A stretch of DNA of 64,000 nt, from contig CAVXJH010000003.1 of the NCBI GenBank assembly GCA_963762115.1, forward strand, positions 522,418 through 586,417, read 5' to 3'. Both the position numbers and the translations under genes were made by a program. Under the pieces are notes generated by a model. It was given only the letters and a program-made list of their open reading frames with translations, did not search any database and was not told the origin of the DNA. This DNA comes from Candidatus Babeliales bacterium (GTDB lineage: Bacteria > Babelota > Babeliae > Babelales > JANWKD01). Numbering within the stretch: position 1 is the first letter of the stretch; every line of letters starts with the position of its first letter. Below, in pieces: positions 10,505-19,276 of the stretch.

Positions 10505-10919
10505 TGTCATTGCGAGCCAACATTGTTGGCGTGGCAACTCAGCCAATAAAATTCTATTAATGAGATCCCTATGAAACAACCCGCAGTGTACATTATAACA
10601 AATAAAAAAAATGGAGCTCTTTATACAGGAGTAACTTCTAGTCTACTGCAAAGAATTCATCAACATAAAAACAATATAATTGAAGGATTTACAAAACAAC
10701 ATGGTTGTAAATTACTTGTCTATTATGAGCTTTATGACAACATGTTAAAAGCAATTGAGCGTGAAAAACAAATAAAATCAGGATCAAGAATAAAAAAATT
10801 AAAACTAATTGAATCAGCAAATCCTTGTTGGTTTGATTTGTTTGAGCAAATCAATAAAGAAAATTAATAGAATTTTATTGGCTGGGTTGCCACGCCAACA
10901 ATGTTGGCTCGCAATGACA
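10505..10919 (+). mobile_element. REP-bounded GIY-YIG nuclease element, copy 1 (putative autonomous)
   Basis: 57-bp inverted repeats 10505-10561 / 10863-10919 with 1 mismatch, enclosing only a GIY-YIG ORF. Confidence 0.75.
10571..10867 (+). CDS. Stand-alone GIY-YIG nuclease, 98 aa
   Basis: VYI...LYTGVT..L..R..QH...GFT...LVYYE...AIEREKQIK...NP.W.DL pattern; Tyr, Arg, His and Glu catalytic candidates present. Confidence 0.92.
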   Translation: MKQPAVYIITNKKNGALYTGVTSSLLQRIHQHKNNIIEGFTKQHGCKLLVYYELYDNMLKAIEREKQIKSGSRIKKLKLIESANPCWFDLFEQINKEN

Positions 10920-11010
10920 TTTCCGACTATCTAAGTTACCGTTAAAATTGTTTATCACCTACATCGAGTTCGCATTATAACGTTATACACCAAATTCATT
11001 AGGTAAATTC

Positions 11011-11973
11011 ATGCAAAAAGAAAACATTAATAATAAAAATACGAATTTCCAACTCCTCAACACAAAAACAATTCTCGAGGTTATTGGCAACACACCGTTA
11101 GTAAAAGTAGATTTTGGCACACCACCCACCATTTTGGCAAAATTAGAATACCTCAACCCTGGTGGCAGCATAAAAGATCGCGCAGCACTCTTTATGGTTG
11201 AAGAAGCTGAAAAAAAAGGCTTATTAAAACCTGGCGGCACCATTATCGAAGCATCTTCAGGCAATCAGGGCATTGCTGCTGCAATGATTGGCGCTGCTAA
11301 AGGATATAAAGTCATTATCACAACCAACAAAAAATTTAGCCAAGAAAAAATAAATACCATCACCGCCTATGGCGCTGAGATTATTATGTGTCCTTGCACT
11401 GAATTTGTAGAAGATCCACAAAGTTACCACAGTCAAGCAGTCACTCTGCACAAAAACACCCCTAATTCGTTCATGCTTAATCAATATTATAATCTCGCCA
11501 ATTCCCAAGGGCATTATCATTCACTCGGACCTGAAATATGGCAACAAACCCAAGGCGCAATAACTCATTTTTTTGCAGCTTCAGGAACCTGCGGCACCAT
11601 CACTGGCGTCGGCAGATATTTAAAAGAACAAAATAATGCGGTAAAAGTCATTGCCGTTGATGCGGTGAATTCATATCGCAGCACGCAAGGACACCCAAAA
11701 CCTTACTCTTTAGAAGGCATTGGTGTCGATTTCGATGCACCGATTTTGAATGCTTATCAATCATGTATTGATGAATTTTTTTGCGTTTCAGATGATCAAG
11801 GCCTTGCAATGTTAAAAAATATGGCCCGAAATCATGCCATTTTAGGTGGGCCAAGCAGTGGCGCCGTCGCCCACGCTGCTTATGAATATTCAAAAACCCT
11901 TTCTCCCCATGATATTGTTGTGATGATTATTGGCGATTCAGGACGAGCCTATTTGAGCAAAAATTATTATTAA
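11011..11973 (+). CDS. cysK: PLP-dependent cysteine synthase / cystathionine beta-synthase family
   Basis: IGNTPLV, KLEYLNPGGSIKDR, EASSGN, GTCGT motifs. Confidence 0.85.
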   Translation: MQKENINNKNTNFQLLNTKTILEVIGNTPLVKVDFGTPPTILAKLEYLNPGGSIKDRAALFMVEEAEKKGLLKPGGTIIEASSGNQGIAAAMIGAAKGYKVIITTNKKFSQEKINTITAYGAEIIMCPCTEFVEDPQSYHSQAVTLHKNTPNSFMLNQYYNLANSQGHYHSLGPEIWQQTQGAITHFFAASGTCGTITGVGRYLKEQNNAVKVIAVDAVNSYRSTQGHPKPYSLEGIGVDFDAPILNAYQSCIDEFFCVSDDQGLAMLKNMARNHAILGGPSSGAVAHAAYEYSKTLSPHDIVVMIIGDSGRAYLSKNYY

Positions 11974-12219
11974 AATATTCATATTTTACTACATAATGAT
12001 CTCATAAATGGAGGTCTTTCTTAAAAATATTCCCCTTCAAAAAAAGCCTGATTTCTATGGGTGTTATTCCCTTTTAATGTTAGTTTTTTATTTTATTTCT
12101 ATATTTAATTTTTAAAAATATTATTAATAATATTGCAAATTGAATTTTATATATGCTATCTTATTAGTAACAATAGCGTTGAAGATAGAGTAAAAACCAA
12201 ATACTAAAAGGGGAATCCT

Positions 12220-12654
12220 ATGAAAAAACAGTTATTATTTCTTGCACTTGTTGCCGGAATAGTTACTTCATCAGTTCAAGCAATGAGCAGCGTCGAAAAA
12301 ATTGATGCAGCAGAACAAAAATTTATGAGTCAATTTAGAGAACTACAACATGAAACCATAAATAAATTACAAAAGCTCTTTAACGACAACAAGAATTATA
12401 AATTTAATATCGATAGAGAATGGAGCCAAATACAATCAAATCTTCAAACATACGCTGGTAAAGGTTCACTCGGTGTTCCTGCAAGGATGGGAATACTCGC
12501 AGAAAAAATTTATAACATTTTAAAAGAACCTTATAAGCAAATAATGAATGCACAAGCAACGGGAAATGTAGAACAAACAATGAGAAGCCAAAATGCTTAT
12601 AATTTGACCGACCGCGCTTTAGTATTGGCTCACTTATACTATGATAAAAAATAA
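12220..12654 (+). CDS. Hypothetical secreted protein
   Basis: Signal peptide ending VQA followed by MS; RBS present. Confidence 0.7.
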   Translation: MKKQLLFLALVAGIVTSSVQAMSSVEKIDAAEQKFMSQFRELQHETINKLQKLFNDNKNYKFNIDREWSQIQSNLQTYAGKGSLGVPARMGILAEKIYNILKEPYKQIMNAQATGNVEQTMRSQNAYNLTDRALVLAHLYYDKK

Positions 12655-12677
12655 AACTAGATTTATACGCTAAAAAT

Positions 12678-12714
12678 AAAAAACCCATTGCCCTCAAAAG
12701 CAGTGGGTTTTTTT
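12678..12714. terminator. Bidirectional intrinsic terminator
   Basis: aaacccattgc / gcagtgggttt stem with A and T tracts, between convergent genes. Confidence 0.75.
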
Positions 12715-12764
12715 ATAAAAAGGAACAGCGTACCTTGTGCACTTTAAAAAAACAACAGTAAAAA

Positions 12765-13808
12765 TTAAAGTTCTTTATAAGAAGATTCAAGAATACGCGC
12801 ACTTTTGCTTGATGCAGAATCAAAAAAAAGCTTTTGTCCCAACGGCGGCACATGCAAATGAGCATGATTAAGTTTATCACTATTCAACTGCCACCAAGCA
12901 TGTAACTGTTCAATCGGTGTATGAACTGCATCAAGGCCAAAATGAAACGTACCCCAATGCATAGGAATAAAATGCTTTGCCCCTAACGTTAAAAACGCTT
13001 CTCCTGCCTCTTGAGCATTAATATGAGAATGCTGCATCCACTTTCTTGGTTCACAAGGACCAACGGGCAATAATGCGATATCAATAGAAGGGAATACTTT
13101 TGCAATATGCTCAAAATGATGCCAATTGGCTGTATCACCGCCAAAATAAAGGCGATAGCCCTTATATTCTATGAGCCAACTACCCCATAATGATCGATTT
13201 CTATCAAACAATGAACGTTGTGACCAATGGTAAGCGGGTAAAAAATAAAAACGAATTATTTCATCAGATTGCCCAACACCGGCAATTTCTTGCCACCATT
13301 CAGCTTCATGTACTTTGTCAAAAGCACGTTTTTGGAACCATTTTTTATCACCTTTTGGCACAAGCACGCGAGGCTGCTGAACACGCATATGCAATAAACT
13401 CTTGCTATCCATATGATCGCGATGATTATGAGAAAGCAACACATAATCTATAACCCCAAGATCAGACAACGAAATGCCTGGAGGAGCAATACGACGAAAC
13501 AAAAGAGAGGCATCACCAAAAATAGGATCCGTGATTAACGTTATTGTGCCAAGCTTTATTAAAAAAGTTGAATGCCCAATCCACGTAATTTCTATGTCAC
13601 CTGAAGAAAAAAGTGGCCCTTTTTGGGTTTGCGGCACTAAAAAACTGCTTTTTTGCGCAAAAAAACGCCTTTTGGCCCACGATTTCGTAAACATCAACAA
13701 TGAATGAAGAAATACGCCTCTTGATTTTTCATGTTCAAGATTATAATAACGATTATTTTTTTTATAGGGAGTAAGAAAATGAGCATGAGCTTTGGATGAA
13801 ATTACCAT
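12765..13808 (-). CDS. Metallo-beta-lactamase-fold hydrolase (NAPE-PLD/RomA-like)
   Basis: WIGHST, TDP, SHNHRDHMD, HWSQR, GDT and PMHWGTF motifs; start position inferred. Confidence 0.88.
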   Translation of the reverse strand: MVISSKAHAHFLTPYKKNNRYYNLEHEKSRGVFLHSLLMFTKSWAKRRFFAQKSSFLVPQTQKGPLFSSGDIEITWIGHSTFLIKLGTITLITDPIFGDASLLFRRIAPPGISLSDLGVIDYVLLSHNHRDHMDSKSLLHMRVQQPRVLVPKGDKKWFQKRAFDKVHEAEWWQEIAGVGQSDEIIRFYFLPAYHWSQRSLFDRNRSLWGSWLIEYKGYRLYFGGDTANWHHFEHIAKVFPSIDIALLPVGPCEPRKWMQHSHINAQEAGEAFLTLGAKHFIPMHWGTFHFGLDAVHTPIEQLHAWWQLNSDKLNHAHLHVPPLGQKLFFDSASSKSARILESSYKEL

Positions 13809-14022
13809 TGCCGTTTCCAAAAAGAAACCCCCATCCAGACGCGAAGTCAAGGACAGGGGAAATGGAGGTTATCTATTTAAAATTGTGCTTAAAACACTTA
13901 GTTAATGTACACTGAGTTTTAATAAAAAGCAAATTATTTATTGATATTATTCTCTTTTTTTGAATTCATCAAGTCAATAACATAGCTTACATATCTAATT
14001 TTAATTACAAATGGCTAATTTG

Positions 14023-15144
14023 TCAATAGATTTTGTCAGAATATTTAATATTTCTCAAATAAATATTTTCATACCCATTTTTCATAGCTTCCAGGGAAAG
14101 ATCATTTTTTACCGTTTTATAGGCATTTTTACCCAATAAAAGAGCATTTTGCCTATCAAACATGAGTGATTTTAGGGCATCTTTTAAAGCTTTTGCATCC
14201 CCGGAAGGCACCAATAAACCATTCACCCCCTGTTGTATCACCTCATGGGTCATTTTTTCATGGGTAGAAACACAAGGAAGAGAAAAACTCATTGCCTCTA
14301 AAAGAGCAACTGATATGCCCTCTTTATATGATGAAAGAGCAAAACAATCAAAAAGAGGATAATAACCATATGATTGTTGACCAATAATAAAAATAATTTT
14401 ATGAGCTACACCCAATCTTGAGGCCAAAGCGCGCAAATGCTGTTCTTCAGGGCCAGAACCAAGAAGAACAAGTCGTGCATGCTCACTCTCACGAGCAAGG
14501 AGCGCAAAAGCTTCTAGCAAAAGACCATAATTTTTTAAAGCCACAAAGCGCCCAACAGATCCAATGACAAAATGATTTTCTTCTAATCCCAGACTCTCAC
14601 GACTTTTAACGCAAAGCATACCGCGCTCTTTAATGCCCTGAGCAGGTACGCCATTTTTTATGGTGGTAATGGTGCCAATAGGCACGTTATGATGTTCAAC
14701 TAATGAAGACGCAACGCCATTGGAAACAGCAACCAACTCAGTGGCCATCCATTGTGAATAACGATCAAGCATGCCACGCATCATGCCATCTTGATCAACA
14801 TTATTATGAAAACTATTCAAAACAGGAATGCCAAGTAATTTTCCGATAATTCGTCCTGCTATGTTGGCCGACCAAAGCCAGGTATGCAGCAACGAAGGCT
14901 TTAATGTTTTTATGCATGTGTATAACCGAAAGAAAAAAATAGGATCATATAAACACAAAGCCCCTTTAATAGGAAACAAAGGAATTTTTAACTGCCGTAA
15001 TCGCTCAACATTGGGTCCTTCATGAAAATAGATCACGGTAACATCATACTTTTCACGATCAACAGATGCTAAAAAATCACACAGAAGCGATTCAGCGCCA
15101 CCCATTTTTAAACTCGTAATAAGATGCACTATCAACATTTTCAT
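14023..15144 (-). CDS. GT4 family glycosyltransferase
   Basis: GGAE, GR...K and EG...LLEAM motifs. Confidence 0.9.
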   Translation of the reverse strand: MKMLIVHLITSLKMGGAESLLCDFLASVDREKYDVTVIYFHEGPNVERLRQLKIPLFPIKGALCLYDPIFFFRLYTCIKTLKPSLLHTWLWSANIAGRIIGKLLGIPVLNSFHNNVDQDGMMRGMLDRYSQWMATELVAVSNGVASSLVEHHNVPIGTITTIKNGVPAQGIKERGMLCVKSRESLGLEENHFVIGSVGRFVALKNYGLLLEAFALLARESEHARLVLLGSGPEEQHLRALASRLGVAHKIIFIIGQQSYGYYPLFDCFALSSYKEGISVALLEAMSFSLPCVSTHEKMTHEVIQQGVNGLLVPSGDAKALKDALKSLMFDRQNALLLGKNAYKTVKNDLSLEAMKNGYENIYLRNIKYSDKIY

Positions 15145-16721
15145 TATGCATGCCCTTTAAGCAACGCTTCCTGTTCTTTTTTTAATCTTTTTTTATCAAC
15201 TTTGCCAAGTGCGGTCATAGGCAAATCAGGAAGACAAATAATATGACGGGGAATTTTATACGGTGCTAAATGTTGCTTGCATAATGCCTTGAGTGCTTTT
15301 TCACAATCAGGGTTATTCTCTCGAACGGCAACAAAAGCAATAGGGATTTCTCCTGTTAATTCATCTTCTTTGCCAATCACACCAGCCTTAAAAACTGCCG
15401 GATGTGACATCAATACGTTCTCAATTTCAGGTGGATAAATATTAAATCCTTTATGAATAATAAGATCTTTAAAGCGACCTGAAATAACCAAATTTCCACG
15501 TGTATCAAAATAAGCAAAATCGCCGGTATCCAACCAACCATCAACAAGCACTTGAGCGGTATGTTCTGGCGCATTATAATAGCCAAGCATAACATTATCA
15601 CCCTTCACCCATAAGATGCCTATCTTTCCCTTTTGGACTTCTTTTCCCGTTGTTTCATCGCGCAAAGAAATGTGAACACCAATTGCAGGCTTACCAATAG
15701 TATTGGTTGCTTGTACAATATCATCAACATCGCCGGCAATAAACGGTGAGCTTTCAGTCAATCCGTACCCATTACACATTTTTCGACGATAAATAAGTTC
15801 AAAACCAGCACGAATTTTATCAGGAAGTGCATCACCACCACAAATAACATACCGCACCGTTGAAAAATCTAAATGTTTCATCATGCACAATAAACCATAT
15901 AATGTTGGCACGCCCAGCATAATCGTTGGCGCATGACGAAATCCATCAAGAATCCATTTACGCTCAATTTTAGGCACAACAATAACACTCGCACCAAGAA
16001 ACATACTACTCCACACACATGAATTTTGTGCAAAACTATGGAATAACGGCAATATGCCAAATATGCGATCTTCATGACTTATTTCAATCGTCGCAGTAAT
16101 TTGCGCAACATTCGTGAGCAGATTTCTTGAACTCAACATAACCCCTTTAGGCAATCCTGTGGTGCCAGAAGTGTATAATAATGCCGCCATCAGATCAGGA
16201 TCAATCAGCGGTATTTCATATTCTTTTAATGGCGCTTCAGAAAACTCTTCAACATTTTTTAATACCGGTTCAATAAACACGAGCGGCAGCACCATACCAT
16301 TGTGCTCCAATGCCGAAAGCTTATGAGAAAATTCTTCTGAAACCACGAGTGCAACAGGTTGTGAATCATTAATAACATGTGCCAATTCTTTTTCAGTAAT
16401 AAAAGTATTCAATGGCGCTACAACAGCACCAGTCTGCCAAATACCAAAATACGCACTATAATATTCAATTGAATTTTCAAAAAGCAAACATACTCTATCA
16501 TGCGGCTTAATTCCTTTTTCAAGCAAATCACGCGTTACTCGCAATGAATGATGATACAATTGTAAAAAAGTAATGCTCACATCCTTGCAAATTAATGCTG
16601 TTGCATGCGGAAATCGCTTTGCAGCACGTTGTAATAAGCACCCTGCAAAAATCATACGGTTATTTTCATGCATTGCTTTATAATAATTATTAAAGCGTTC
16701 TTCCCGTGTTATTGTCGCCAT
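15144..16721 (-). CDS. Long-chain fatty acid--CoA ligase
   Basis: YTSGTTGLPKG, GYGLTE, TGD and GKVDK adenylation motifs. Confidence 0.9.
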   Translation of the reverse strand: MATITREERFNNYYKAMHENNRMIFAGCLLQRAAKRFPHATALICKDVSITFLQLYHHSLRVTRDLLEKGIKPHDRVCLLFENSIEYYSAYFGIWQTGAVVAPLNTFITEKELAHVINDSQPVALVVSEEFSHKLSALEHNGMVLPLVFIEPVLKNVEEFSEAPLKEYEIPLIDPDLMAALLYTSGTTGLPKGVMLSSRNLLTNVAQITATIEISHEDRIFGILPLFHSFAQNSCVWSSMFLGASVIVVPKIERKWILDGFRHAPTIMLGVPTLYGLLCMMKHLDFSTVRYVICGGDALPDKIRAGFELIYRRKMCNGYGLTESSPFIAGDVDDIVQATNTIGKPAIGVHISLRDETTGKEVQKGKIGILWVKGDNVMLGYYNAPEHTAQVLVDGWLDTGDFAYFDTRGNLVISGRFKDLIIHKGFNIYPPEIENVLMSHPAVFKAGVIGKEDELTGEIPIAFVAVRENNPDCEKALKALCKQHLAPYKIPRHIICLPDLPMTALGKVDKKRLKKEQEALLKGHA

Positions 16722-16805
16722 ACAAATACCTTTTTTTATATCTATAAAAACCTGAATTTTCTCAAAAATATAATAATATTGTGCAATGTAAATGATAGAC
16801 TAGAA

Positions 16806-16917
16806 CGTCATTCTGAGGCAACTTGTTGCCGTAGGAATCCAGTCAATAAAGTTACTTCCTTAAGTAATTACATAATAAATTCTGGATTACTACGTCGCTA
16901 CGCTCCTCATAATGACA
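16806..16917. repeat. CGTC/TGTC REP doublet without a gene (REPIN-like)
   Basis: cgtcattctgag-hairpin-gtaggaatccag facing ctggattactac-hairpin-ctcataatgaca. Confidence 0.8.
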
Positions 16918-17047
16918 CTAAGGCATGCACACGCCACTTTTGCTAATGTATATTCATTTACATGCATCTATATCTTGCTATACTAATACATACTAAAAAT
17001 AATAGTTATATTTTTATTTTCTTAGCATACAATCAAAATAAATAATT

Positions 17048-17704
17048 ATGAAATTAACAAAAAGCGGCATGCTCATTGCGTGCGAAGGCATTGATGGATC
17101 TGGCAAATCAACGCTCGCAAAGGCATTATTCGCCCATTTTTCTGCTCAGCATATTCCCGTACTTTTAACAAAAGAACCGGGAGGAACTTTATTTGGCATG
17201 CAATTACGCAGTATCTTACAAGATCCTATGGTGAAACGATGCTCAAAAGCAGAATTTTTATTATTCGCCGCTGATCGCGCACAACATTTTCAAGAAGTTA
17301 TTATGCCGGCACTTGCTAGCGGAACACTCATTATTTCTGATAGACTTGCCGATTCTTCTTTGGTGTATCAAGGATTTGGTCGTGGACTTGATCATGCAAT
17401 GATTGAACAGATCAACATGTGGGCAATGAATAATCATAAAGCTGATATCACCATCTATCTTCGCGTTACTGCGCAAACAGCTTTTGATCGTATTACGCAA
17501 AGAAATGAAAAAGCAACAGCGTTCGAACAAGAAAGCAAAGATTTTTTTAATCGACTCATTAACGGATTTGATACACTCTATGCAAATCGTTCTGATGTTC
17601 TTATTATCGATGGCGCCACAACACAAGAAGAAATTGCTCAAGAAACGAGTATGAAACTTACACACATGATAGCAAAAAAGCTCAAGGAACATGCACATGA
17701 TTAA
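17048..17704 (+). CDS. tmk: Thymidylate kinase
   Basis: EGIDGSGKST, KEPGGT, FAADRAQH, DR..SS.VYQG motifs. Confidence 0.95.
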   Translation: MKLTKSGMLIACEGIDGSGKSTLAKALFAHFSAQHIPVLLTKEPGGTLFGMQLRSILQDPMVKRCSKAEFLLFAADRAQHFQEVIMPALASGTLIISDRLADSSLVYQGFGRGLDHAMIEQINMWAMNNHKADITIYLRVTAQTAFDRITQRNEKATAFEQESKDFFNRLINGFDTLYANRSDVLIIDGATTQEEIAQETSMKLTHMIAKKLKEHAHD

Positions 17705-18422
17705 TGCTATCCCTCCTGCTCAACTATGGATTGGCAACGCAAGCACCTTACAAAAACAGGCAAAACAGTATTTGCAACAGCACTTGTGTACCTTACATGC
17801 CTGCACCATATGCGCTCACTGTAAAAACATAGAACAAAAGCAACATGCATCATTGTTATGGCTAACACCAGAAAAAAACTACACGCTTGAATTACTTGAA
17901 CCAATAAAACGCGTTGTTGCTTTTTGCTTAGAAGATGATCAAAAGTATTTTATCATTATTGAACATGCTCACCTTTTGTCTCCCGCGTGTGCCAATAGTT
18001 TATTAAAAGTGCTTGAAGAACCGCCGCGCGGCTATCATTTTATTTTGCTCTCGCAGTCGCTTGATGCGCTATTACCCACAATTCAATCACGCTGTTTTAT
18101 TGCAACTATTGCAACACACAGCAGTGACACTTTTACCCATGATATTGTTTATGCACTTACGGCACAAAAATTACCAACTGCTTTTGATTTTTTACAAATA
18201 CTCGAAAAAACAGCACCAGATGACGTGACTTCGATAACGCTTGTTGAACAAATTTTGGCATATTGGCTCGAACAGTATAAAATGAGTGTTGTAGAGAATA
18301 ATAATGAGCAACAAAAAAAAGCTTCTTTAATGATTGGTGTTTTGCAAAAAGGATTGTTGCAACCACCCATGCCGGGAAGCAGTAAGATATTTTGGAAAAA
18401 TGTTTTTTTACACTGTGTATAA
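17697..18422 (+). CDS. holB: DNA polymerase III delta' subunit (divergent, short)
   Basis: C..C..C zinc motif, ANSLLKVLEEPP, LLPTIQSRC; follows tmk. Confidence 0.85.
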   Translation: MINAIPPAQLWIGNASTLQKQAKQYLQQHLCTLHACTICAHCKNIEQKQHASLLWLTPEKNYTLELLEPIKRVVAFCLEDDQKYFIIIEHAHLLSPACANSLLKVLEEPPRGYHFILLSQSLDALLPTIQSRCFIATIATHSSDTFTHDIVYALTAQKLPTAFDFLQILEKTAPDDVTSITLVEQILAYWLEQYKMSVVENNNEQQKKASLMIGVLQKGLLQPPMPGSSKIFWKNVFLHCV

Positions 18423-18445
18423 ACTTTTTATGTTAGGGAATTTTC

Positions 18446-19183
18446 ATGAATAAAAAATATTTTGTTTTAACTTTTGTGATGATCTGTTCTACTGGAATTG
18501 TGCAAACAAGTTTTGGCATGGAGGGCGAAAGGGAAAAAAAAGACGCTACCATGCATGAGAATGGAACATTTTACACAGATAATGATGACGATACAACGCC
18601 AATAGAAAAACCAATGACATCGTTTGATAAAATAAGTTTGCGTATGCATGTATTAAATAATAATTTTGAAGAAATCTTTAAAAGACAAGATCAAGAAAAA
18701 ACTACTCTTGGTATAATTCAAGCATCTGCTCTACGTGGAGTTTCAAATGGTATAGCAACTGTTGTTTCTCATTATTTTGTAAAGACAATTGATAAGGGCG
18801 TTGGTTATCTTTTTCCCTCAAAAGAAGATCTTCTGGTTCAAGAACATACTAAAAATGCAGAGAAAGCTAATTTACTTTTTGAAAAAATGCAATTGCATGC
18901 GGGATTGCTACAATTAAAAAAACAACAATTGGATGCTACAAATGATCCGAGAAAGAAAGCAATATTACAAGAAGAATATCTTCGATTCAAAAAAGCAGAA
19001 AAAATATTAAAAAAAGAACTCAAAAATTGGGAAGAAGCTTATCTTAATTCAATTTTGCAACACAAAAAACATAAAGCAAAACAATCAAAAACAATTTTCA
19101 ACAATCAAAATGGTGAACTCACAAAAGTCCAAGAGCAAAATAATAATTTTGATTCTGAATTAACAATTCATGAACAAGAATAA
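18446..19183 (+). CDS. Hypothetical secreted coiled-coil protein
   Basis: Signal peptide followed by GME. Confidence 0.65.
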   Translation: MNKKYFVLTFVMICSTGIVQTSFGMEGEREKKDATMHENGTFYTDNDDDTTPIEKPMTSFDKISLRMHVLNNNFEEIFKRQDQEKTTLGIIQASALRGVSNGIATVVSHYFVKTIDKGVGYLFPSKEDLLVQEHTKNAEKANLLFEKMQLHAGLLQLKKQQLDATNDPRKKAILQEEYLRFKKAEKILKKELKNWEEAYLNSILQHKKHKAKQSKTIFNNQNGELTKVQEQNNNFDSELTIHEQE

Positions 19184-19207
19184 AATAGAAGTATAAAAAA
19201 TAATAAA

Positions 19208-19249
19208 AAACCAGAGAGATCATCAAATAAACAGTGATCTCTCTGGTTT
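19208..19249. terminator. Terminator hairpin between convergent genes
   Basis: aaaccagagagatca / tgatctctctggttt. Confidence 0.7.
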
Positions 19250-19276
19250 AAAGATTATAAAAAAATATCCGCCATA

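Noticed and set aside
10505..10919. Classical IS or intron-encoded homing endonuclease
   Set aside because: No DDE/HUH motifs, no target duplication, and no interrupted host gene or intron core seen.
16668..16946. 92-aa ORF
   Set aside because: Reads through a REP doublet and overlaps the ligase gene antisense.
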